64,000 nucleotides of DNA, from NCBI GenBank assembly GCA_944349635.1, contig CALVNH010000003.1, positions 727-64,726 of the forward strand. Reading direction: 5' to 3'. The stretch's first letter is position 1, and each line of letters begins with the position of its first letter. The translations under genes and the position numbers were made by a program. Positions 28,836 to 36,768 of this stretch are shown here, piece after piece. This DNA is from an uncultured Clostridia bacterium. Its GTDB lineage: Bacteria; Bacillota; Clostridia; Christensenellales; CAG-917. The notes under the pieces are model-generated. The model saw nothing but the letters and a program-made list of their open reading frames with translations. It was not told where the DNA came from and searched no databases.

Positions 28836-29264
28836 TCAATGGAAATAAATGGTCATTTTTACGGTGGTTCCGACGCCGACTTCGCTTTCGATTTCGAACT
28901 TGTCGGTATATTTTTTCATGTTCGGCAACCCCATTCCGGCACCGAATCCGAGAGCGCGTATGTCTTCGGGGGCGGTGGACCAGCCCGGAGTCATCGCAAG
29001 CTCAACGTTCTCGATTCCCTTGCCCTTGTCGGCAAGCACAATCTCGATTCTGTCGAGATATATATCCACGGTGGCGACTCCTCCGCCCGCGTGAATAACC
29101 ATATTGATTTCGCCTTCGTACATCGCAATGGCCACTCTGCGAATGTCCGCGGAAGAAACGCCCAGTTTCTTGAGAGTGCTCTTCACCTCTTCGGACGCCG
29201 AACCCGCAGAGGCGAAATTGTTGCCGCTGACGACGTATTCCTGCCTTAAACAATCGGCGGACAT
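28836..29264 (-). CDS. anti-sigma-factor-like serine kinase / HATPase_c protein
   Basis: 142 aa from MSADCL. Contains EGEINMVIHA...KGKGIENV...GFGAGMGLPNMKKY...GVGTTV, the SpoIIAB/RsbW-like ATPase pattern. Confidence 0.75.
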   Translation of the reverse strand: MSADCLRQEYVVSGNNFASAGSASEEVKSTLKKLGVSSADIRRVAIAMYEGEINMVIHAGGGVATVDIYLDRIEIVLADKGKGIENVELAMTPGWSTAPEDIRALGFGAGMGLPNMKKYTDKFEIESEVGVGTTVKMTIYFH

Positions 29265-29602
29265 CAGGCTTTCAGACCGGCGGAATACAATCTGCCGACC
29301 GCCTCGTAAGTGTCGTAGTCCGTCGCTATGAAGACGATGTTGTAATTTTCGGCGAGTTTCATCATATCGACGGTCGGTTTTTTGCCGCAGACGAAAACTA
29401 TGCACGAGATGTCCACCATAACGGCGGTGCGCACGACCTGCGGATTGATGAGCCCCGTCACCAACGCGCCTTGGTCCTTGACGTATGCCAGAACGTCGCT
29501 CATCATATCGAAAGCGCAAGCCGACGAAATTTCGGTGTCGGCCATTTCGGGGGAGCAAAGAATCATGCCGTCCACGGTGGACGCGATTTCTCTGATTTTC
29601 AT
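29264..29602 (-). CDS. DRTGG-domain protein
   Basis: 112 aa with ALVTGLINPQVVRTAVMVDISCIVFVCGKKP...NIVFIATDYDTYEAVGRL, a typical DRTGG fold signature. Confidence 0.7.
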   Translation of the reverse strand: MKIREIASTVDGMILCSPEMADTEISSACAFDMMSDVLAYVKDQGALVTGLINPQVVRTAVMVDISCIVFVCGKKPTVDMMKLAENYNIVFIATDYDTYEAVGRLYSAGLKA

Positions 29603-29649
29603 AAGCTTCTCCTAAAAAACGGGAGTCTCATACTCCCGTCTGAACGCGC

Positions 29650-30150
29650 TCAATCGCGGTATTTCGCAAGAATTCCGGGAATGTCCGAGGGCACCAGCTT
29701 GCCGTAGACGTCTTCGCCTATGGTCATGACAGGGGCAAGGCCGCAGCAACCGATGCAACGCGTCGAACACAGAGAGAATTTCCCGTCCGCCGTAGTGGCG
29801 CCGTCGGTCAAACCGAGTTCGCCCGCGAGTTTCGTGAAGACTTCTCCGGAGCCCTTGACGTAGCAGGCCGTGCCGAGACAGACGGCAACGGCGTGTTCGC
29901 CCTTCGGATTGAGGGAAAACTGACTGTAAAAAGTGGAAACGCCGAAAACCTCTTCGAGCGATACGCCCAGTTCTTCGGCGACGATTTTCTGAACTTCGAT
30001 GGGGAGATACCCGTAAATTTCCTGCGCCGTCTGCAATGCGGGCATAAGCGCACCGGGCATGTTTTTGATGGTACGCAGCTCTTCGCGGAGCTGTTTCTCC
30101 TGTGCGGCGGTACCTTTGAACTTTACCGTCGTGAGTTTGATTTTCGACAT
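29650..30150 (-). CDS. hydC: NuoE-like [2Fe-2S] subunit HydC
   Basis: 166 aa with CLGTACYVKG...CIGCCGLAP, the thioredoxin-like 2Fe-2S motif of NuoE. First gene of the operon, with a GGAGGG ribosome-binding site. Confidence 0.9.
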   Translation of the reverse strand: MSKIKLTTVKFKGTAAQEKQLREELRTIKNMPGALMPALQTAQEIYGYLPIEVQKIVAEELGVSLEEVFGVSTFYSQFSLNPKGEHAVAVCLGTACYVKGSGEVFTKLAGELGLTDGATTADGKFSLCSTRCIGCCGLAPVMTIGEDVYGKLVPSDIPGILAKYRD

Positions 30151-30200
30151 ATTCCCTCCAAAGCGCTCCGCAGTCTTATGCTGTCGGAAGCAACGAAAGT

Positions 30201-30229
30201 ATTATACCATAGCACAAGGGGCAATGCAA
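30201..30229 (-). promoter_or_regulatory. promoter of the hydrogenase operon
   Basis: Minus strand reads TTGCAT-17 nt-TATAAT, about 50 nt upstream of the hydC start. Confidence 0.6.
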
Positions 30230-30390
30230 CCCCCAATAGTTACTTTTTGTAACCAATTTCCGCCTACCGCAACGATGCGGGCACAATGCGGAAACAACCT
30301 GACGCAAACCGCCTCAAAGAAGGGTGTTTTCAAAAAAAACGTCGAATCGGAAAACTTGCGTTTTTCTGCTATCTAATCGGGTAAAATAAT

Positions 30391-30415
30391 GAAAAAGCAC
30401 GGCTGCACGCCGCGC
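30391..30415 (-). terminator. terminator after nadE
   Basis: Minus strand reads GCGCGGC-GTGCA-GCCGTGC followed by TTTTTC. Confidence 0.6.
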
Positions 30416-30431
30416 TTTGAAATGTTTCCGT

Positions 30432-31178
30432 TCACTCGCCGTAACGCAGAACCGGTCTGCGTTTGTGCTCCGTCCTTTTCACGAGGGATTCTATGCGTAA
30501 AGCCTTTTCCTCTGCAAGCTCTCCGCCTTTGACGTAAGCCGAAATGTCCGCATACGACACGCCGAGTTCAGCCTCGTCGGTCTGCCCCTCGTAAAGCCCT
30601 GCGGAAGGAGCTTTGGATATGATGCTTTCGGGAGCGCCGAGAAATTCCAGCATTTCGTACACCTCGGGCACAGTCATGTCGGCGATGGGATTGAAATCGT
30701 ACGCTCCGTCCCCCCATTTCGTGAAGTAGCCGACGGCATATTCGCAGGCATTGCCCGTTCCCGCCACAAGGTATCCTCTCGCCTGAGCCATGGCATAGAG
30801 TGCCGTCATTCTGAGGCGCGGATTGACGTTGGTGAGAGCCGCGGAAACGGAGTCTTCGGAGACGGCGTCCACTTCGAGAGCGTCGCCGAACGCCTCCATC
30901 AGCGCGCGCTTGGTTTCCGTCAAATCGACTTCCGTCTGGCGTATACCGAACTTTTCTCCCGCCAGCAGGGCGTCGTCGCGGTCGCCTCGATAGTTTACGG
31001 AAGACTGACAAGGCATTATCACGCCCAGAACATTGTCGGTGGCTAGTTTGCACAGCGCTCCCACCAGCGTACAGTCCTTGCCGCCGCTGTTTCCGTAAAT
31101 CACGCCTTTTGCGCCGCTCTCGGACAACACCTTCTTTATCCACTCCACACGCTTGTTGACAGATGTTTGAATATCCAT
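30432..31178 (-). CDS. nadE: ammonia-dependent NAD+ synthetase
   Basis: PP-loop GNSGGKDCTLVG and a NadE-like core. The start at MDIQTSVNKRVEWIKKVL was chosen by alignment logic and is less certain. Confidence 0.85.
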   Translation of the reverse strand: MDIQTSVNKRVEWIKKVLSESGAKGVIYGNSGGKDCTLVGALCKLATDNVLGVIMPCQSSVNYRGDRDDALLAGEKFGIRQTEVDLTETKRALMEAFGDALEVDAVSEDSVSAALTNVNPRLRMTALYAMAQARGYLVAGTGNACEYAVGYFTKWGDGAYDFNPIADMTVPEVYEMLEFLGAPESIISKAPSAGLYEGQTDEAELGVSYADISAYVKGGELAEEKALRIESLVKRTEHKRRPVLRYGE

Positions 31179-31333
31179 GCTGAAATTCGGGCTCCTTTTT
31201 CTCTGTGTCCGTCGAAAATTATAGCCTTCAACTCCCGCTTTTTCAAGCAATTTCGCTAAAATGGGTCTTGTTTTTGCATCGGTTATGGTTTATAATAATT
31301 CCAACCTATTAAATACTCTCAAAGGAGATTATT

Positions 31334-32473
31334 ATGAGAAAAGCTTTTATCTGCCCTTCCAAATACGTTCAGGGCGAAAACGAACTTTACAACCTCGGTT
31401 ACTTTGTCAGACTGTACGGCAAGTCCGCTCTGCTCATCGCCAACCCCGATGACGTGAAGCGCGTCAAACCCCAGCTCGACGCAACCCAGGAAAAATTCGG
31501 CGTCAAACTCGTCACCTGCGATTTCGGCGGCGAATGCTCGAGAGAAGAAGTTGCCAAACTTCAAAAACTCGCAAAAGAAGAGAAATGCAACTGCATTATC
31601 GGTCTCGGCGGCGGCAAAGCCATCGACACCGCAAAGTGCGTGAACGCGGCGAAATCCCGCCTTATCATCGTCCCCACCATCGCGGCAACGGACGCTCCCA
31701 CGTCTCACTCCGCAGTGCTCTACACTCCCGACGGAGCGTTTGACGACTACGCTTACTTCACCAGCCCCGACGTCGTTCTCATCGACACCGCGGTCATCGC
31801 GAAGGCTCCCGTCCGTTTCCTCGTTTCCGGCATGGGCGACGCGCTCTCCACTTATTTCGAAGCAAGAGCCAACAACCAATCCTACGCCAACATCAACGCC
31901 GGTCTGCCCTGCGGTGCGAGAGAGAAGAAATGCCCTCCCGCAAAACCCACCATGGCGGCGTACCAGCTCGCACAGCTGTGCTATCAGACCCTGCTTTCCG
32001 ACGGCTACAAGGCAAAACTCGCCTGTGAAGAAAACGTCGTGACTCCCGCCCTCGAAAGAATCGTCGAGACCAACATCCTGCTTTCCGGTCTCGGATTCGA
32101 ATCCGGCGGTCTTGCCGCGGCGCACGCAATTCACGACGGTCTCACCGTCCTCGAAGAGACCCACCACATGACTCACGGCGAAAAGGTTGCCTTCGGCACC
32201 ATCTGCCAGCTCGTTCTCGAAAACGCTCCTCAGGAAGAAATCGAAGAAGTGCTCGACTTCTGCTTCACGGTAGGACTTCCCGTCTGCCTCGAAGACCTCG
32301 GCGTGACCGACATCGGCGACAGAATCACCGCCGTTGCGGAAAAAGCCTGTATCCCCGAAGAGAGCATCCATTCCATGCCCTTCCCCGTAACGCCCGACAT
32401 GGTCGCCGCGGCAATCATCGCCGCCGACAAACTCGGACGCGAAGCCAAAGGCTGCTGCTGCGATTGCGAATAA
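31334..32473 (+). CDS. gldA: glycerol dehydrogenase (Fe/Zn-ADH family)
   Basis: FICPSKYVQGENEL N-terminus, GLGGGKAIDTAK, conserved His ligands (AAHAIHDG...HGEKVAFG). AAAGGAG ribosome-binding site. Confidence 0.9.
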   Translation: MRKAFICPSKYVQGENELYNLGYFVRLYGKSALLIANPDDVKRVKPQLDATQEKFGVKLVTCDFGGECSREEVAKLQKLAKEEKCNCIIGLGGGKAIDTAKCVNAAKSRLIIVPTIAATDAPTSHSAVLYTPDGAFDDYAYFTSPDVVLIDTAVIAKAPVRFLVSGMGDALSTYFEARANNQSYANINAGLPCGAREKKCPPAKPTMAAYQLAQLCYQTLLSDGYKAKLACEENVVTPALERIVETNILLSGLGFESGGLAAAHAIHDGLTVLEETHHMTHGEKVAFGTICQLVLENAPQEEIEEVLDFCFTVGLPVCLEDLGVTDIGDRITAVAEKACIPEESIHSMPFPVTPDMVAAAIIAADKLGREAKGCCCDCE

Positions 32474-32485
32474 TACGGATTAGGC

Positions 32486-32520
32486 GGACGCCCTTATGCG
32501 AACATAGGGGCGTCCTTTTC
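32486..32520 (+). terminator. strong hairpin between gldA and the DHA kinase gene (terminator or attenuator)
   Basis: GGACGCCCTTATG-CGAA-CATAGGGGCGTCC followed by TTTTCC. Confidence 0.5.
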
Positions 32521-32540
32521 CATTGATAAGGAGATTGAAT

Positions 32541-34364
32541 ATGAAAAAAATAATGAACACCCCCGAAACTTTCGTGTACGATATGTGCCACGGTCTCGCC
32601 AAGGCTCATCCCGAACTCGAATTCGTCGAGAAGTTCAAAATCGTCAAAAAGAAAGAAATCAACGCCGACAAGGTCTCTTTGATTTCCGGCGGCGGTTCCG
32701 GTCACGAACCCGCTCACGCGGGATTCGTCGGCAAAGGTATGCTCGACTGCGCGGTGTGCGGCGACGTGTTCGCGTCTCCCTCGCAGATTCAGGTCTACAA
32801 CGCAATCAAAGAGTGCGCCACCGACAAAGGCGTCCTGCTCATCATAAAGAACTATTCCGGCGACTGCATGAACTTCAACAATGCCGCGGAACTCGCAAAA
32901 GAAGAGGACGGCATAAAAGTCGACGCCGTATACGTCAACGACGACATCGCCGTCAAGGACTCTCTCTACACCGTCGGCAGACGCGGAGTCGCAGGCACCG
33001 TTTTCGTGCACAAAATCGCGGGCGCGGCGGCTGAAATGGGTCGCTCCCTCGAAGAGGTCAAGTCCGTTGCCAACAGAGCCATCGAAAACGTGCGCTCCTT
33101 CGGTTTTGCTCTCACCTCCTGCACTCCTCCCGCAAAGGGAACACCCATCTTCGAAATCGGCGACGACGAAATCGAATTCGGCGTCGGCATTCACGGAGAA
33201 CCCGGCAGAAAAACGGAAAAACTGCAATCCGCCGACCAACTTGCAAAACGCATCGTCAAAGACCTCATCGATGACCTCGGCGTCAAGAAAGGCGACGAAG
33301 TGGCTCTGCTCATAAACGGTTTCGGCGCCACTCCTCTCATGGAGTTGTATCTCTTCAACAACTCCGTTTCCAACGAACTGGAAAAGGCGGGCATCTCCAT
33401 TCACAAGACGCTTGTCGGCAACTATATGACCTCCATAGATATGGCGGGTGCTTCCGTCACGATCCTCAAAGTCGACAGCGAACTCAAAGCCCTCATCGAC
33501 TATCCCGTCTCCGCTCCCGCTCTCACCTGGGGCGGCGCAATGGACGCGCAGGCGGAAGCCGCGGTCGACGCAATGAAGGCAATCGCAAAGGCTCTCGGCG
33601 TCACCTCCGTTGAACACCCCGCAAAAGAAGCCGACGGAAAAGCCGCCAAAAAAGCGGTCAAAGCCGCCAAGAAAGCAGCCGTCTACGAAGTCAAAGGCAA
33701 ACCCGTCGTGAACGAAACCATCAACACCGCGGCATTCGTGCAAATCGTCGACAAAATGGCAGACGTCATCATCGAAAACGAAATCCCCTTCTGTGACGCG
33801 GACAAGATGGGCGACGGAGACTTCGGCATGAGCATCGCGAAAGGCTTCAAACAACTCAAAAAAGAATGGGCAACCCGCGACAAAGCGGACATCGGCGCAT
33901 TCCTCAAGAGCTGCAGCGAAATCATAATGGAATACTGCGGCGGCGCAAGCGGTCCCATCTGGGGAAGCGCGTTCCGCTATGCCGGCAAAGTCGCGGACGG
34001 CAAAGAGACAATCAACCTCGCAGAACTCGCGGAAATATTCCAGGCGGCGAACAACGGCGTTTACGAAACGGGCAAAAAGTCCTTCGGTAAAGGTGCCGTC
34101 GTCGGTGACAAGACCCTTGTCGACGCTCTCAAACCCTGTGCCGACGCTCTCGAACAAGCGGCAAAAGACGGCAAAAAACTGCTCGAAGGCATCGCGCTCG
34201 GCGCGAAAGCGGCAGTCGAAGGCGCGGAAAAGACCAAGTCCGTCGTGGCGACTCTCGGCAGAGCGGGCACGGTCGGCGAAAAGTCCATCGGCTATCCCGA
34301 CGCGGGCGCATACGGTCTGGGAGTTATCTTCACCGCACTTTCCGAATACATCGCCAAGATGTGA
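32541..34364 (+). CDS. dihydroxyacetone kinase, fused DhaK (Dak1) + DhaL (Dak2) domains
   Basis: Dak1 motif ISGGGSGHEPAH and Dak2 motif MGDGDFGMS. AAGGAG ribosome-binding site before MKKIMNTPETF. Confidence 0.88.
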   Translation: MKKIMNTPETFVYDMCHGLAKAHPELEFVEKFKIVKKKEINADKVSLISGGGSGHEPAHAGFVGKGMLDCAVCGDVFASPSQIQVYNAIKECATDKGVLLIIKNYSGDCMNFNNAAELAKEEDGIKVDAVYVNDDIAVKDSLYTVGRRGVAGTVFVHKIAGAAAEMGRSLEEVKSVANRAIENVRSFGFALTSCTPPAKGTPIFEIGDDEIEFGVGIHGEPGRKTEKLQSADQLAKRIVKDLIDDLGVKKGDEVALLINGFGATPLMELYLFNNSVSNELEKAGISIHKTLVGNYMTSIDMAGASVTILKVDSELKALIDYPVSAPALTWGGAMDAQAEAAVDAMKAIAKALGVTSVEHPAKEADGKAAKKAVKAAKKAAVYEVKGKPVVNETINTAAFVQIVDKMADVIIENEIPFCDADKMGDGDFGMSIAKGFKQLKKEWATRDKADIGAFLKSCSEIIMEYCGGASGPIWGSAFRYAGKVADGKETINLAELAEIFQAANNGVYETGKKSFGKGAVVGDKTLVDALKPCADALEQAAKDGKKLLEGIALGAKAAVEGAEKTKSVVATLGRAGTVGEKSIGYPDAGAYGLGVIFTALSEYIAKM

Positions 34365-34402
34365 CAAAAACTTATCGGGACCTTGCTCCCGCATTGAAAT
34401 TG

Positions 34403-34431
34403 AAAAAGCTCTCCGCAAGGAGAGCTTTTTC
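34403..34431 (+). terminator. Rho-independent terminator after the DHA kinase gene
   Basis: AAAAAGCTCTCC-GCAA-GGAGAGCTTTTT. Confidence 0.8.
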
Positions 34432-34772
34432 AAATATGCACTTTTCTATGCCCTTTACGCAAATTCCGTCAATCGGAAGCACATCTCACGGAATCGGGGA
34501 ACAGCGCAAACCGCTCAATCGGGTTTCGTTTCGGGACGGAAGAATATCCGCGTGTTCCGATTGTTTTATCGGAATGTGTTTATCACGGAAATGTGTTTGG
34601 AATGCGTCGGCGGAATGGACTCAAACGACCTGTTTTTATAAACTCGCGAGCCGCCCTCAGACGAAAGGCTTTCGCCGTTTGCCGCTTTTGCCGTCGCACG
34701 ACGGTTGTTCCGTATTTTGAGGGCTTTGACGCAATGCCGCATTTTCGGCGCAACACCGATGTTTTATAACGC

Positions 34773-34799
34773 AAAAAAAAGGATGCCGACAGCATCCTT
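34773..34799 (-). terminator. Rho-independent terminator closing the tRNA-Leu transcript
   Basis: Minus strand reads AAGGATGC-TGTCG-GCATCCTT followed by TTTTTTTT. Confidence 0.75.
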
Positions 34800-34963
34800 T
34801 TCCTTCTTTTGGGTTTAGTGAATAAAATGCTGTCTGCCAAACCCAGCGGAAGGGTTGCAGACGGCGTTCTTTCAAACACGAGGACAAGGGAGTTTACACG
34901 GACGTAAATGACCGCGGTCCGAGACATGAAGAAAGGACGCTGTATGCGCCCTTATCCTCGTTT

Positions 34964-35046
34964 TGGTGCGGCCACCGAGACTTGAACTCGGACGGTCTCC
35001 CATACGCCCCTCAAACGTACGCGTCTGCCAGTTCCGCCATGGCCGC
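34964..35046 (-). tRNA. tRNA-Leu (anticodon GAG)
   Basis: 83 nt. Acceptor GCGGCCA/TGGCCGC, anticodon arm TACGT-TTGAGGG-GCGTA, long variable arm, T-arm CGAG-TTCAAGT-CTCG, encoded CCA. Confidence 0.9.
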
Positions 35047-35057
35047 ACAGTGATGTC

Positions 35058-35086
35058 ATTATATTGCTTCCACGCTTTTTTGTCAA
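35058..35086 (-). promoter_or_regulatory. promoter of tRNA-Leu
   Basis: Minus strand reads TTGACA-17 nt-TATAAT, ending 11 nt before the tRNA 5' end. Confidence 0.65.
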
Positions 35087-35138
35087 CGGTTTGGGAGCAA
35101 GTTATCAACAAATTTCTCGTCGCTAAATATATAATAAT

Positions 35139-35279
35139 ATGAGCGAAGCCGCATGTATAAACAGCCTTGCCGCGTTGGTGGCGGAGTTCGTCTGCAAGGA
35201 CAAATCCCCCGAAGAACTCGCGCTGGTGCTGCACTTTCTGAATCTGCTCGTCTACGACATCAGAAGCTATCTGTTGTGA
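35139..35279 (+). CDS. candidate 46-aa small protein, below the ORF-track cutoff
   Basis: Manual translation gives MSEAACINSLAALVAEFVCKDKSPEELALVLHFLNLLVYDIRSYLL. Third-position GC matches the neighbouring genes. There is no Shine-Dalgarno sequence, but TCAACA-17 nt-TATATA sits directly upstream, so the mRNA may be leaderless. Confidence 0.4.
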   Translation: MSEAACINSLAALVAEFVCKDKSPEELALVLHFLNLLVYDIRSYLL

Positions 35280-35288
35280 GGAATCCCG

Positions 35289-35744
35289 TCACTCCTGAAT
35301 CAGTTTTCTCTTTCTGTCGTTTATCACGCCAAGACCTTCTTTTATGGTTTTCTCCGCATTGTCGAGGATGTTGAAAGCAAGCGAACGCGCCTCGTAATCC
35401 ATTTTGCGGTAATTCTCTTCCGCTTCCGCTCTCATGGCTTCGGCTTCGATGCCCGCTTTGCGCACGATTTCCGTCTCCGCAATCATGGCGCGTGCCTGGT
35501 CCTCAGCCGCATCCATGGTTTTGTTGGCATACGCCTCGGCTTTGGAAAGAATGTCGTCACGTTCCTTTTTGATTTGCTCCGCCTCTTTGAGCACAACGGG
35601 ATAGCTTGCGCGGAAACGCGTAATCAGGTCAAGCATGACCTGTCTGTTGACGACGATGTCCGTGGCGCTGAAAGTGGCTCTTTTGGCTTTCAGAATTTCG
35701 CTTTCGATTTCGTTGAGAAGCATATCAATCGTTTCCATCTGCAA
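35289..35744 (-). CDS. coiled-coil protein of unknown function
   Basis: 151 aa, Glu/Ala/Lys-rich heptad-like sequence, directly downstream of coaD in the same operon. Confidence 0.6.
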   Translation of the reverse strand: MQMETIDMLLNEIESEILKAKRATFSATDIVVNRQVMLDLITRFRASYPVVLKEAEQIKKERDDILSKAEAYANKTMDAAEDQARAMIAETEIVRKAGIEAEAMRAEAEENYRKMDYEARSLAFNILDNAEKTIKEGLGVINDRKRKLIQE

Positions 35745-36768
35745 CTCCGCGCTGACGCGCTTTCCCCTTCGTTTTATTCTTCATGATTTCTTTCGCGGTC
35801 ATTATAGCACATTCGGGCAAGGAATGGAAGTCTCCCTTTGCAAGCTCCGCGCGCACCTGCGTCGAAGAGAATTTCGCAAACTCCTCCGACGACGGTATGA
35901 ACACGGTGTCGAACCCGTGCCGGCTGTTATAGTCTGCCATTTCGCGTTCGTATGTCTCGTCGCTCTCTCCGCGCACTCCTCGGACAAGCACGGTGGCTCC
36001 TGCCTCCGCCGCCGCTTCGACGGCGGACTTTTCGGAATACAGAGCCGAAACACCCTCTTTGCCTTCAATCGCCGCCCTCACGACGGCAAGCCTCTCTTCG
36101 GGAGTGAAAAAGTATTCTTTTTCCGGATTCACCAGGCACGCGACAACAACTTCGCCGAACTCCTCCGCCGCCCTGTCTATAACGTATTCGTGCCCTTTCG
36201 TGATGGGGTCGAAACTGCCTGTGACGAAAGCTCTTTCTTTCCGCGTAACGAATTCGACCGTCACGGAGCCCATAACCTTCGTGCGGACGTTCAGCCTGTC
36301 GGAAGAAGGATTGAAAGGAATTTCCGTGGAATGCTCGTACACCACGATTCCGCCGCGCGCCAGTCTGTCACACTCGAATACGGCGTCCACGGCAATGTCG
36401 CCCAAGCCGCTTTTGTAGGGTGGGTCGATGAAAATCAAATCGAACTTCTTGCCGTGTGCACGAAGCACGTTAAGAAAATCGGCGTTGACCACTCTGTAAT
36501 TGCCGTCAATGCCTTTGAGATTGGTTTTCGTAAGCTCCGTGCTTTCGCGGCTCTTATCGACGAAAACCACCTCTTCCGCGCCGCGGGACAAGCACTCTAT
36601 TCCGAGAGCGCCGCTTCCGCAAAAGAGGTCCAGAACGCGCGCGCCCGCAATGTCCCACTGCAAAATGTTGAAAACGGTCTCCTTTATCCTGTCCGTGGTG
36701 GGTCTCACGCTGTCGTCCAAAGGAGATGCAAGTTTTTTTCCTCTGTACTTTCCGCTGATAACGCGCAT
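35725..36768 (-). CDS. rsmD-coaD: fusion protein: 16S rRNA (guanine966-N2)-methyltransferase RsmD + pantetheine-phosphate adenylyltransferase CoaD
   Basis: N-half has RVISGKYRGKKL...DLFCGSGALGIE...FIDPPY (RsmD). C-half has VTGSFDPITKGH...STQVR (CoaD). It is one uninterrupted 347-aa frame. Confidence 0.85.
   Translation of the reverse strand: MRVISGKYRGKKLASPLDDSVRPTTDRIKETVFNILQWDIAGARVLDLFCGSGALGIECLSRGAEEVVFVDKSRESTELTKTNLKGIDGNYRVVNADFLNVLRAHGKKFDLIFIDPPYKSGLGDIAVDAVFECDRLARGGIVVYEHSTEIPFNPSSDRLNVRTKVMGSVTVEFVTRKERAFVTGSFDPITKGHEYVIDRAAEEFGEVVVACLVNPEKEYFFTPEERLAVVRAAIEGKEGVSALYSEKSAVEAAAEAGATVLVRGVRGESDETYEREMADYNSRHGFDTVFIPSSEEFAKFSSTQVRAELAKGDFHSLPECAIMTAKEIMKNKTKGKARQRGVADGND

Noticed and set aside
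30239-30253. GTTAC-N5-GTAAC inverted repeat just upstream of the hydrogenase promoter -35 (possible activator or Rex-like site)
   Set aside because: A 5+5 inverted repeat is expected many times by chance in 64 kb. It does not match the Rex operator (TTGTGAA-N6-TTCACAA type), and no second copy was seen.
32415-34433. 672-aa minus-strand ORF antisense to the DHA kinase gene
   Set aside because: It is a shadow frame. The plus-strand product has clear Dak1/Dak2 motifs and a strong ribosome-binding site, while the antisense product is low complexity (F/G/D/V/R rich). Other long antisense ORFs were rejected on the same reasoning: 21849-23312, 23364-24569, 38840-40180, 44997-46403, 46567-48045, 47975-49717 and 54439-56019.
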